Source of the DNA: Eukaryota sp. TZLM1-RC
Lineage: Eukaryota > Protista > Metamonada: BaSk clade
DNA length: 64,000 nucleotides
Direction of reading: 5' to 3'
Assembly: GCA_040285825.1 (NCBI GenBank)
Contig: JAUPSS010000003.1
Span: 868,001 to 932,000 of the forward strand
A model generated the notes under the pieces. The model was not told where the DNA came from. It saw only the letters and a program-made list of their open reading frames with translations, and searched no databases. Shown here one piece after another: positions 23,458-36,557 of the stretch (its first letter is position 1; each line of letters opens with the position of its first letter). A program made the position numbers and the translations under genes.

Positions 23458-25826
23458 TAGGCCCCAGCATTTGACTAACACGCTCAGACTCGACTCAACA
23501 TTTTCGAGTCGTACTCAAGCTCGACTCGGATAGACTGAGTTCAACTCGACTCCGACTCCATTCTGGTGAGTCACACTCAAACTCGACTCGAGCTTGAGTC
23601 GACTAATGAGTCTGAGTGAATTTTTTTCGTTTAGAGCACCTTGGATGAAATATAAACAACAAGGTCTATGTTTTAGGATAAACTTATTGTGATGTTGCAA
23701 TTTTGTGATGTTGCAATTGTATATGAACAAAACACTCATCTTTATTATTAAATCAAATCAAATCCATTCTCAAGCCATGACCGTAAGCACAAAACCGCAC
23801 GAACGGAATCATCAGCCAAACAGCATCTTTTCTCGGAAACCATATCCCCTGCTAGAGAAAAAAGCCGTTCACAGGGTACAGAAGTTGGCTGGATAGCCAA
23901 GAAATCAGCTGCTATTTGAGAAAGTACAGGAAATCGACGTTTGTTGTCATTCCACCATTGTAGTGGATTCACCGAAAGGTCAACCGGAGCTTCGGATAGA
24001 AAAGTGGAAAGTTCATCACCTTCTGCGTGTGATCTTCTGAGAAAAGGATTCCAAGAAGGTAAGCTGTCTATTTGCCACTGATGGGACTATTGACTCATAG
24101 TTTACATTGATAAGATCTTGCAATTTTCTAGAGAAATCGTCAGGAAATCGTAAATGAAGCCCCTTCAAAACGACGTACACGGGGATCAAGAATTGACGAA
24201 ACAAAGGCAGGGAAGTCGTAAAGTTCTTCTAAATACTGTTCCAGCTTTCCTAGCATCAAAGAAGCTGCTTCTTGGATAATCTGCGCTTCGTTTTGATAAG
24301 AATAGAGATGCGCATACAGACCGTCTATTAGCATAAGCACTAAACCACAGGTAGGATGCAATGCAGCTGAAAGGTAAACTGTACATTCGTAAAAAGGTGC
24401 AAGAAGATTAAGAATAGCTTCAATCTTCAGTTCTTCTTCTTCGGTGACTATGAGAGCCGTCATTCCCTCTTCAACCAATATTTTGGTAACAGCCGATTTA
24501 ATCTTCATGTAAGTATTCACCATCAAGTAGGTGCTGTTCCACCTAATTGCCGTATCAAGAGGGATTGTCTTCTTTTGAAGACCTTGTTCTTGTAGTTCTT
24601 CCCACAGTAACTGGTAGAGCTTGCTAGAAACATGGCATTGTCTAACAAAGTTGTGAATCTTCGACAAAAGACCATCAACCACCACAAGACCCTTTTTTAC
24701 AACCAAATTCAAAATATGGGCCATACATTTCTTGTGAAACAGCTTTGGTTGCTTTTCTGTGAAAAGTTTCAAAGCCTTTCTGACATTGGCAGCATTGTCA
24801 GATGTAATGGCGAGCAATTCAGCATTATCAGAGTTCTCAGAACTTTCATCAAAAAGTAATGGATATTATGTTTTCACTGTTGATATCCCTTAAAGCATCT
24901 TGTACAAAAAGCAAGAATTATTTCGGCTGAATGTGGGTGCGGAATTCTAACAACGTCCAGTGTTAGAGATGACAAGTTGAAATCATCACTAACAAAATGG
25001 GCAGTTATACCAAGATAAGGGCGCTTAGCTCTTGAAGTCCATAAATCTAGCGTCAAAGAATAGGAATGTCTATTTTGACCTAACCTCTGCAGCATTGATG
25101 GACGCATTTCGGAAAAAGCATTGCGAATGGAACGAGAAATGGACCATGAAGACATTATCACCGTATTCTCATTATAGAAATTCATTAAGTTACGAAAATG
25201 TGGGTTGTCCGCCAACGAGTACGGTGCGCCAGACTGAATGAACATCTTGAGCAAAAGCTTGCGGCCAGTTTCAACTTCTGCGGAAGACAAGACTGTTGCG
25301 GGAAGTGGAGTGAACGATGAAAGTTTTAAAGTGGGTTGCTGCTGCCTTATGGAACTAGTCCAGTTGGGATGTTCCTTTTCAAGGTGTCGTTTCAGTACTG
25401 TTTGAGAAGTCGAAACTGAAAAACTGGTTGACATTCCAGGGCACAGAAGACAGTGACGCTTGCCATTTTGTTCGGAAAAAAGACGATAGCCATTCCATCG
25501 TTGATATCCAGAAAGAGGGGAGAGGACAACAGGAAGTTCGGAGTCACTTACGTTATTAACTTCCTCGCGAATCCTCTTGGTAGGAGGAGTTTGGTTTACT
25601 GTCATTTAAGAAAGAATTATAGAAAAAGGATGTAATTATAAACAATAAGTGAGTGTGTGAAACTCGTAACAGACTCAATATTCTATGTTTATTAGTTCGA
25701 CTACACTCAGACTCCAACAAGTTGAGTTCGACTAGACTCGCACTCACATAGATAGGAGTTTGACTCAGACTAAACTCAAGTTTAGTCGGCTGAGCGCGGA
25801 CTCGCCGAGTCTGATGCTGGGGCCTA
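23458..25826 (-). mobile_element. hAT DNA transposon
   Basis: TIR TAGGCCCCAGCAT/ATGCTGGGGCCTA; 8-bp TSD GTAAGGAC (23450..23457, 25827..25834); subterminal GACTC repeats. Confidence 0.95.
23748..25605 (-). pseudogene. hAT transposase, frameshifted
   Basis: BED finger (CLLC..RHLEKEH), TLDLWTS, TSDNAANV, CMAHILNL, RWNSTYLM, LDPR, and dimerisation domain PLQWW..FPVLS..SVPCERLFS. The two frameshifts I traced fall in T homopolymers. Confidence 0.9.
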
Positions 25827-28800
25827 GTAAGGACCCACGTAGTGGCCATGGAGTTTGTCTGGCTTCTCGCGCAGAACAAAAACTCGATCGTTAACTTGTG
25901 GAGAGTATCTGGGAGGAGCTGGCGTAGACGTGTTCTTGGAAGTGGAGATTACGGAGGCCCAAGAACGAGTTAGCTGGTCAGTCAGAGAGGCAGTATGAAG
26001 AATATATTCTGGAATATCTGGTTCATGAAGTACGGAAGATAGACGATCTAGGATGGTATGAGGGAGCAAACGTGGAGAGGTCTCGGTACCAAATATTAGC
26101 TGATAGGGGGAGTGGTTCAGAGAGGAGCGATGTTGGGAGTTGATTAGCATCTGGCAGATTGGGACGTAGTGAGACCAATTGTCGTAATCAGAGAAGTCGA
26201 GCAATAACTTCCGGAGAGCCTGAAGAAAGGTTCGGTGTTGCCGTTCGACCAATCCATTAGACTGATGAAAATGAGGGATAGAGAGAGTGTGCTCGAGATT
26301 CAAGTAGGAACACATTAAGGTAAAGATCTGGTTAGAGAATTCAGGGCCATTGTCTGAATGAATTGACTTAGGCGCACCGAATATGGAAAACACATGGGTT
26401 AAAAAGGCATCAATTACGGTTTGGGCCTTAACATCGCGGGAGGGAACTAGAATACTGAACTTAGAGAAAGCATCCACGAAATGGATGATGTACTTGAAAC
26501 CAGCTACGTCGGGGGCAAGAGGACCTATGCTATCACAATGCAAGTACTCGAAGGGTCGGTTGGTGGAGTTGAGGGATCCAGTGGATGGAATGGATGGGGA
26601 AACCACGGGAGCGGTTTTCTGACAGGGAATGCAGTTCTTGATATGGGTAGTTAGATCAGATTTCATAGACGGCCAATAATAGTCAGAAGATTTTAGCCTT
26701 TTCCAGCAGTCATCAAGAGGAGCGTGGCCAGCTTCTGTTGCTCCGTGAATGAGCAGGAGGATCTCGGGACGCAGGACCGGCGGTACTAGAATCTTATGAT
26801 CCGAAGTTAGCTTCAGGCCAGACTGAGGGTCGATCTTGCAAGAGGCAAAGAGGGGGTCGTTGTCAGAGAGTTTCTGCTGGGCCTTGAATAATTTATTCAG
26901 CACGGCTTGGGCAGGGGAACTTCTTGGAGCGGGCGGAAGGTGGTCTGAGCTAGCAGAGGAATCTTCGGGAATGGCAGCAGTAATGGTTGATACGGTATGT
27001 TCGTCGCTGTCAGAAGAGATGTCAATCATTGCTGAATCAGAACCGAATCTTTGATCGTGTTCATCATCTTCAGACATGAATTGGGAACGGAGGAAACGAG
27101 GATGATCAAATACTTCTGGGTGGAGTTCAAAGATCTCTCTGCGGGTAGGCAAGTGGAACTGGGAACTAGGAAGGTAGTAAGTGGGGAGATCGTCTGAGGA
27201 GCGGTTGATGTCTATGAAGGCCTGACGACCATCTCTATAACTAATGATTTCGAGAACTTTATCTCGTAAAACAAAGTCAAGGCGGGAGTAATATTGAGTT
27301 GGGCCGTCAAACAGCAGAGAACGGATGTCCTCGAAGTGAGAACAAACTCGAGATGTTTCTAGCATGAACTGAGGTTCGTTTTCAGTTCCAAGGACAGAGT
27401 GATAATCCAGTGGCAAATAGAGGTAGTGAATTCTTCTGTCATGAGGGTCTATTTGAAGGCCATGAACCATCTCCAGGCATGGAATGGCTATAGGACAGGG
27501 AGTGATCTCGTCATCGTCGTAGTGGTAGACTGAGTGGATCTCGGGCTTGATTAGGCAAAGGGGAATGAAGGAAGTGACGTCTCGAGATGAAGGTAGAGTA
27601 TAGTCAGCGTAAAAGGGGTCAGGGAAAGGTTGGTGATCGGTTAAGGTGGGGCGTTTAGGGGTAGGTCTCAGGTCAGAGTATGTCAGAGCGGTAGGGAGTA
27701 AGCAAAAATCATATAGCTGTTCACCAGAAGGGGTACCGGTATGAGTATCAGGAATCCAGGGGAAATGATCACATTTAGGGGAGTTTGGACATTCTCTGGG
27801 GTTGCAAGGAGGGGGGGTTGAATCATGAAAGCAGCGGCTACTTTGGTTGGCACGTTTCCATAGGTTGGGGAAATAGAACGGCGGTGGATCATTATTTAAA
27901 TACGATTGATTGATTAGGAGGTGGTATCGGTGGATGAGGTGACGGTTTCTTTCCCAGCTAAAAGGGGCCATGTGAGTAGGGAGAGGAATCAGGTGGAAGA
28001 TATGCGCGTGGTCAATCAGAGAACCTAGGGTGACATTGGGATGAATATAGTTGAGGACAATAAGGTGAGCGTTCAGGGGCATAACCTTGGGAAGATAGTC
28101 TAACTGGGGCATCTTGGGATGCTGGAAGTATATGCGAGAGTTCCAGTTGGCCTGTTGAATCAAATCGTTAACCTTGAAGTTTCTAGCATAAAGACCAAGG
28201 GGTTCGGCATCGGGATCAGTAGGAACGGACACGGGTAGAGGGTCGAAAGCAGTTTTACCAAAATCTCTTGGAGCGATTGTGTTGTTAAACAGAAGTGGTA
28301 AATCAGTTGAGAGGACGAAGAAGCGGGCGGAGGAGGGAGAGAGTAGCTCGTTAGGTTCAGGATTCAAATTGTATTGGATAAAGTGTTTGCTGGAGTTGAG
28401 GTAAGCAGTAACAGAATGCTCAGGCCGGAGAGCAGAGGGGTGATGGGTTCTATGGGCGGTATCAAAGTCAATGTCATACCAATGAGGGGAGGAGTGCATC
28501 AGATCGTCGAGGTTCAGGTAATCCCACAGAGGAGATCTGGCCGATCCTCGATGAGTCATCATGCAGCACAGGGCGGGTGCAGGGTTGTCAAAGACACTTC
28601 TGGTCTTCTTCTCTTCTTTTTCCTCCTTCTTTGAGGCGGTTTTGACATAGTTAGCTCTAGACAAATAGTCAGCCCAGTAGTTCTTAGTTCCTTCAATATG
28701 AACGCAGTCGAAAGAGAAGGACTGAAGGACGGGGATCCATCGGAGAACAACTCGATTGTTGTCTGGGCAAGAGAACAAAAAGGCAAGGTTCTTGTGATCG

Positions 28801-31800
28801 CAGAAAATGGTTAGGTGCTTAGTCAGAAGATATGACGAGAGATTAGGTTGGTTCAGCGTCATGACAATAGCGAAAAGCTCTTTCTGAAGGGTGGACCATC
28901 GCTGTTGTGAAGGAGTCAGAATACGTGAGTAGAATGACACGGGCATTACCTTGCGTTTTGAAAGGCAGGTTCCTGGAGGGCAAGGTTCCAACTCTTTCCA
29001 GACAATACCAGCGATAGCTCTGTCAGATGCGTCGGTGGACACAAGAATTGTGTCATCTGGGTCAGGTAAGGCGAGAGGAAGGCTATTAATCACCATTTCC
29101 TTGATATTGTTGAAGCATTGGAGTTCTTGAGGTCCTAACTTGATGCGTTTAGGTTTGTTCTTCAATAGCGCAGTTAAGGGGGCAAGTTCTTTGGATACAG
29201 AGGGGAGCCAGTCACGGAGAAAATTGATCGAGCCAGTGAAGGATCGGAGTTCGGGGACGGAAGTCGGAGGGGCTAGGTTACGTACGGTTTCAATCTTAGA
29301 GGGATCGATGCGGCGCTTTCCATCTTCAAAGATGGTTCCAAGTATCTTGATAGGATGTCGGTCGGTCTGGAAGGAACACTTGTGAAGACCGATTCTCACA
29401 CGATAACGGCGAGCACGAGACAAGATGTAGTCTATTCTTTGTAAGAAGGCTTCTTTCGTTGAGGCGGCTACGATGATATCATCCATATAGATGAATACTC
29501 CTTCAGAGTCAAAAATACCCTTCATGAGGTTTTGAAACACAGCGGGAACATTCTTTAGGCCAAAAGCAGCGCGAGTGTATTTGATCTTCCTTCCAGGGAT
29601 GGCTATGGCCGATTTCTCTTGATCGTCGGGATGCAGGTTTAACTGCCAGAAGGCTTTTGGCAAATCCAGGGTGGCAATGTATTTATTACCAGAGAGGAAC
29701 TCACAGATATCAGAAATCTTGGGCAAATCGGCTGGAACAGGGACGGTTAGGTCGTTGATGCCTCCAGCACCGGAGTAATCTCCAGTTAGACGAGGAGGTT
29801 TTCCAGGGCGTTGGACAAGACATATGGGTGAGCTCCAGGGTCCATCATAGGGCACAGCAAAACCATTGTTTACGAGCACGTCCATTTCTTCGTTGGCAAC
29901 CTTCAGCTTATCCGGGGACAGGTAACGGAATTTCTTAGAAACAATCTTGGATTCATCGTGGAAAGGAATGCGCATCGGTGGACAGTCTATACCTTCAGGG
30001 GCTGGAAGCTTTGAAAATACTTCTGGGTATTTGAACAATAAATCTTTGATCGAAGTTTCCAGAGCAGGGTCGTTCAGCAGAAACGAGGTTTTGTCCAGAT
30101 CAGGGAGAGCGGAGAGAGCAGAGACTCGGTCAGACGGAGGAATGAACAGATCAGGGATTGATTCATCTTCCATTAACTGATAGTTCTTATCAGATAGGTT
30201 AAGGAAGAGGTAGTCGTTGGTTAGGATGCCTAGCCTTTTGAGGAGGTCGCAACCAATGATACATGAATTCTGGCAAGGGAGTACAGCAAGGGTTACGTCG
30301 ATAAAGGTGAGCTTAGCGGCGCCTCCAAGAGAGAAGGCGAGCTTTCCAGAAACAAGGGGGCAAACAACTTTGGTCCGATCAGCTAGTCCTACTTCAAGAG
30401 AGTTATTCGTGGGTTGGAGCTTGGCCTTTTTGGTTAGATCTTCAGAGATACAAGAGATAGTGGCTCCAGTGTCTACCATTCCGTACAGGAAGGTCTGTTC
30501 ATCGACTAGGATCTTCAAGTGGAGCAGCTTCTTGTCTACAGGCTTGTTGAGTCCTTTCTCAAATATTGAGATCGTAGGCTTAGCGAGGGAGTCGTCCTTC
30601 TCGAACAATTCCTTAGATCCTTTGGTCTTGTTCTTAGAGCGTTTCTTGGTTAATTCAGAGGCATCATGCGTTACTCCACCGTCGGCGTAAGCACAGTCGG
30701 CGTCGACCAGCCCAGACTCAGTGTCGAGGTCGGGACTAGCTTCCAACGACAAAGAGTCTATGTTACGGGAGGGAGCCTTTCCTGGCGGTACCACATGAGA
30801 TGAGCCTGAGGAAACTTTCGAAACTAACTCGTTAGAATCAGACACGGGATTAGAGGATGGTTCAGAGGAGGATGAGAAAGAACGAGAGATAAGAGCGTGG
30901 TTGGTATCTGAGACAGGAGGGGCTATTGAATCTAAGTTATCGAAGAGTTCTTGAAACTCTTGTGCTTCAGAGAACGACAGGGAGGGTGTTGAGCTTCTGG
31001 ATGTTGATGGAGATGTCGAGTAGTTATAAAGGTTTATTGAGGAGAAAGGGTTGAGGGTCAAACTATAAGAATCATTATCAGAACTAGAGGAGGATGAGGA
31101 CATTACTCCATGCGGGAAGATGCTCTCGACGGCAGTATCTTCTTTCAAGGCAGACTGAATCGAATCAACGATAGAATTAACTTGAGGCTCTTCAGGGTTG
31201 GTGTCAGTTACTTGGTTGACTTGGCGGCGAAGGTTGTGCTTTCTTTGGAGGGTAGGATTGTTTCCATATTTTCGGGGCTTGCTGGCTTTGCATCCAGGCT
31301 TTGGGCAGTCCTTCACCATATGACCAGGCTCCTTGCAATAAAAGCAAGTTATGGGAGAGGGAGACTTCTGAGGAGAGAAATATTTCTGCTCAGAACGAGG
31401 ACTTTGACGGGAAGGCGAGGACTTGGGGGTGGAACGGACAGAATAAGGCTTGTTAGCAGAGCGGTGAGTCTGGGGGGTTCGAGAATTCTGACGAGAGGGT
31501 TGAGGTCTAGGAGGAGGAGGGTTTGGGCCATGCAGAGTATAGTAAGCAGAGTACGGGAGGTGATAGGAAGGGAGGAGTTGACGGAGGCGAGAGACCAAGG
31601 AGGAGAAGCTATCAATAGAGCCAGTTTCTACGTCGGTTAGGATGATAAAGCGGAGTCTCTCGGGACGTATTCCATTCGTAAAGAACTTCATACGAGCAGA
31701 TTCAGGTAGTTCGGAGGGACAGAGTCGGAGTTTCTTGAGGAAGGCAGAGATGTAAGAAGTGATGGCTTCTTCAGCGTTAGGAGCGGACAGATTAAGTTTC

Positions 31801-32513
31801 AGAGATTGGAGCTTATGATAAGCCTCAGCAGAGTCTTCAAAACGGCAAAAGGATAACAAGTGGGAAAGAATGGCTTCAGGGTCGTTGGGATCGATTCCTT
31901 CGAAGATCTCGAAGGTCTCTAACACTACAGGGGCAATAGTACATAACACATACGGCAGCATAGCTTGGTGAAGCTGATTTTCAGAAACAAGGCGGCGCTT
32001 TTCGAAGGTAGCAACATTGGTGGTATCGGAGGAGTCAGAAGGCGGGTCTTGACTTTCTTCAAAATCCATCTCGGAGGGAAGTTTGAAGTTTCGAGGGTTT
32101 AAGGTCGAACTAGGTTTTTTTGTTCTAGTGGAGACGGGGGTAGATTCGGAGGTGTCTTCAGTACTCAATTCGGAATTCTCGGTGAGAGAAAGTTGGGATT
32201 TCAGAGCAGCGACTTCTTGAGCGAGAGCCTTGATAACTTCTCGGTCAGAATCACAGGAGGAGGACTCGGTTGCCTTCGAGCCGGAGGGAGACTGTGAGTG
32301 AGTAGAAGACGGATATCTTCTTGTCATGTCTGACGAGACATGATTGGAGGACATACGGGATGCGTACACCTTAAGCGCTTCCACATACTGGGAGATGGCT
32401 TCTCGACCAGTGTGTTGTAAATACGGAGCGACTTGAGGGTACCTGGCTACGGAGGTGGATTCTCTGGGGTCCACAGTAATTACTGTTGGCTTTAGTGCAC
32501 GTTGGTTTTCCAT
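25827..32513 (-). CDS. Element B Gag-Pol polyprotein (single ORF, about 2340 aa before the hAT insertion)
   Basis: CFYCKEPGHMVKDC, MVDTGA, IYMDDII, TDASD RNase H, HHCC plus D,D(35)E integrase. Ends at GPY where the hAT inserted. Confidence 0.93.
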
Positions 32514-32658
32514 AAACGAATAAAAACAGATGTTTATAGAACAGAGGTAGAAAATCAATAATAAACTAAACAATAATAAATTTAAACTAGTGATGACGTG
32601 ATACATCACGTCATACTGTCCGAAATTGGCAAGAAGAGTTTAGCCTGGCTAACAGTTG

Positions 32659-33522
32659 ATTCAAATCCTGATTATTATAAAGATTACAATTATAATTCAG
32701 ATATTCAATTGTATACCAACAATCGTGGGAAGATTGTCATCCCAGATAGTTTAAAGAAGCAGACTTTAACTATCATTCATGGACATGCAAATGTTGGCCA
32801 TCCTAGTGTGACGACTAGCGTAAAGAAATTACTCAATAGTGATTACTTTTGGCCCAACATGCGCAAAGACATGATTAACCATATTAAGAGATGTCCAGCA
32901 TGTCAAAAGACGGCACATGTGCCTAAAAATGTCATTGAATCATCTGGCTCTCTTTGGGCTGATCGACCTTTTGCACGTTTAAACGCAGACACTATTGGAC
33001 CATTACAACAAGATGATAATGGATTCAAATATTTAATAGTTTTTGTAGATTCGTTCACTAGGTATACGATCATTTGCCCTGTAAAGGAATTGAATGCAGT
33101 GGAGGCAACCAATCACCTCTTATGGAGTGTAGTATCAATTTTTGGTATCCCACTGTTGATTCATAGTGACAATGGTATTGAATTTGCAAATGCCATATTC
33201 AAAGGGTTATGCGATTTATTAAACATTGAAGTAAGTCGTTCACTAACTAGCTTTTCACAAAGCAATGGTTTAGTAGAAAGACGACACAGAGACATTTTAC
33301 AAAGTCTAAGAAAGATTTTGGTGGACTCTGGCGATTATAGCAATTGGAGTGAATATATCCCAATTGTACAACTTCAAATCAATTCAACTATTAGTAGAGT
33401 TACTTGTCATTCGCCCTACAATTTAATGTTTGGTAGCGACCACAGCCCTAGAGCTGATCCTAGTAATATGTTTGAACTAATAAAATCAGCCAATGTTAAT
33501 ATTCCCTTTGTTAAAGATCTTG
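32659..33522 (+). pseudogene. Element A integrase core (between the B and C insertions)
   Basis: HGHANVGH..CPAC, ADTIGPL, HSDNGIEF, NGLVERRH. Confidence 0.9.
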
Positions 33523-33640
33523 TGTTAGTCTTGAATAGTATTTATAGTTAATAGTTTAGTTATTAGTATTCCGCCTGTTAGCTTAAGAAGAGAGAATACA
33601 ATTCCTCTCGCTAATAAATTACTTTACATTTACACAAGCT

Positions 33641-36557
33641 ATGTCACACGATAACCCTAGCCATAGACCATCAATACGTATTGGGTCGTCCCCGGCTCAG
33701 CGTAGGATCCTTGAGGAAGAGACTGGTCCCTCTTCCTCACCACTAACCACAGACTCTGCTTCCGTGCCTCCTTCTTCGGTTGAAGCTTCTGCGCTTCCTG
33801 AAGCAACTCTTCCCGAGGGTTCTACCCCAAAGGAAGATAGTTCCCTTCCTGAGGATTCCGTTCCCATGGAAGGAAGTTCCTCTCCTCGGGATTCCGTTCC
33901 TGTAGAAGGAGACAACCCTCCCAAGGATTCTATTCCTTCGGAAGGAAGAAGCCCTTCATTAGTCTCCTACGACGATGAAGATGTTGAGGATTCCGTTGCT
34001 CCTCTTCCTCCTTCACATTTAAGGGCGTCTGAAGTCCCACCTTCTCCCCTCCCTGAAAGAAGTTCTGAAGTACCACCTTCACCTTCTACTCAGAACAGAG
34101 AGACTGTTCAACCTTCTCTCGCGTCAAAGGAAGGATTAGAAGATCAACCCTCTTCCTCCTCTACAAAGGCCATTGAAGTACCATCTTCATCCCTTTCATC
34201 TAGTTCTGAGGTTCCACCCTCTCATTCTCAACAGCTCCTCCCTCCAGTTCCAACTGTTAGGAGGAACATTCAAAATCCTGCTGTTCCAGCTTCAGGATCT
34301 CCTCTGACTTCAACAGTTAGTGGAGTTAATAATCTATCTGTTTCCCCTCACCAGGCTAGTGATTCCATTCCTAGCTTTTTCGAACCTTCCTTCGTATCTT
34401 TCCGAAGAGCAAAGGAAAAGGTACGAACAAATCTTTTCAGATTTGGTTGAGTACGAGGAACCTCCCAAGGAATTCTCCCTCTACCTCAACATCAGGTCCC
34501 TCCCACGGCACCTTCTTCTGAAATTGACAAAATTCCTGGTGAGGTCTCTAAAGAATATATAGAGCGTTTTCTCCAAGAAGAACGAAACTGGGAACACAGA
34601 AAAAGATTGGACAGAGAGATTGAAGCTAGAAGAGGAACATCCTCTACACCTGCTCAACTTACCCCTTCTCAAACTAGCTCCTACGCTAGCTCAAGTGTCA
34701 ATCATGGTGCTTCCCGTCAGCACAACCCTTATGCTAGATATAGGGACACACGAGTCATTCCAGGGGATCCAGAAGCCATCCCTCCCACGGAGATGAGCAA
34801 CAAACGGCCTCCTTTCTACGGTCCCAAAGTCGAGAACGACTTAGGATTATGGATCTCTCCCAGAATTGGTCCATTTCTTTCCGATGAAAGGATCACCCCA
34901 GAAACCTCCAGGAATGACCCTGAACCAACTTATGAACCAAGACCCGGAGTTAGGTTCATGAGAACTACTCGAGAAGGAGTATTCAGACGCTTCGCTGGAG
35001 ATGAAGACAACCTCTTCATAAATGTTCACAACCCTTGCCCATACCCTAGGTTCAGCCCTGGGTACAACGCATCTCTCGATATCCTCATCGACAGAGATTA
35101 TAGAACAGGGTGGTGGTTTACTGAAACCACATATGGTGAAAGACTCTTTCTTTACGACAGACGTCCTGACCATATAGCTTCATATTGTGGGCCTGACCAC
35201 AGAAGATCAGGCAATCTTCAAAGAGCTCTCCAGCTTGTCACAGTTTTCCCTGGATGCATAGAATCCAGGATGTTGAAATGGGTCATGGTAGAAGGTCGCA
35301 TAGAAAAGACACGCTTGGTACAACCAGCGATCTCTTCATATCAGGTTCCTGCCCAGATTGAAGAAACTGAACCTTCCCCTGAACCTCACCAAAACGAAGT
35401 TCCATCCTCCGTTGAACAACCTATGGAAACTTCTACAGAACCCCCCACACAACCCTCGCATAATCCTCCCATGGAACAAACTGAAGAGGACGTTGTAGTG
35501 GAAGTCAGTGATGAGTCTCCAACTCCTGACTCTATTCCAACTGTGTTAACACCCATGGAACACACTCCAGTACCTGCACAGCCAATGGAACAATCAGTGG
35601 TTCCACCCACACTCCTTTCCACTAGTTCTACAAGTTCTCAGCCCCCGGTTCAACCAACACCATCCACAGTAAGTTCTTCTCGTTCTACATTTTCGGGTAC
35701 TTACGACAGCAACCTTCTCCTATCTTCCATGGTGGGATCAAGAGACAGGGATAATAGACGTAGGGACCGTCCCAAACGTCCAACTCTCGATGCTTCTGAC
35801 TTAAGAGATGTTGATAAACTCCTAAAGTTTGTTAACAAATTCATTCTCTGGAGTCGCACCGACAGAATAGTCGATGAGGCTCGAGGTAATATCGAAGACC
35901 CTGCTCAAGTTGCTTTTGGCCAGCGAAGTTGCCAGACTTCGCGAAGAACTCGAACTAGCCAGATCAGCAGAATTGGCATCTGACCAACGGTTCGACAGCG
36001 AACCAGTTCACGAATGGGATCTCTTCCGATCCGCCATGCGCATCAGTCCCAGAGGTTTAGCTGAATGCGTTACACCTGAAGCTCTCAACGCTTTAAGGTA
36101 TCAAGGCACTGGCCTTTCAATTTCCTCTGCGATGGTCCCAACCAGCAGAGATGAACGCAACATTTGGGAACAGATCCTAAGGAGAACCCAATTCAGTAGA
36201 CTGGATCAAGCTCTGGACGCTCTACATGCAGTTAACATGGATTGGTCTGAGAGAGATTATGGTAACAGATGGATAGACTTCATGCTTAACATAGGCAGAG
36301 TCTTAACGCGTTCCACCGCTATCCAAGACGTTCGTGGCCTGACTCATCAAATGAGAAACATCACCATCCACGGAAACCCCGTAGACCGACTCCCCGAATG
36401 GGAAATTGCTTCTCACGTCATTGAAAGCATCGGTATTACCATCATCAGGGACAGACTCCTCAGGATCTGGTCCAACCCCTCCCATTACTACTCAGATGGC
36501 CACACCCTAGGTGAATTTTTCAGTGTTCTCCAAATAGAGTACGAAAACTTTTTGTAA
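33641..36557 (+). pseudogene. Element C N-terminal Ser/Pro-rich accessory plus gag region (frameshifted pieces)
   Basis: ATG 33641 lies in the LTR; ORFs 33641..34450, 34607..35983 and 35874..36557. Confidence 0.6.

Larger units (their letters stand above)
22949..32654 (-). mobile_element. Ty3/Gypsy LTR retrotransposon B
   Basis: 171-bp LTRs at 22949..23119 and 32484..32654 appear identical; TSD GTTG; PPT GGAAGAAGGAAGAAGAGGCAG. Confidence 0.95.

Noticed and set aside
32484-32654. Tf1-style self-priming (PBS complementary to LTR R region)
   Set aside because: I could not find the 8-mer or its flanks inside the LTRs of A, B or C.
32514-32658. Hydrophobic N-terminus of the 2261-aa ORF and start of ORF 32598
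   Set aside because: Both are read-throughs of LTR B sequence, not real signal peptides or starts.
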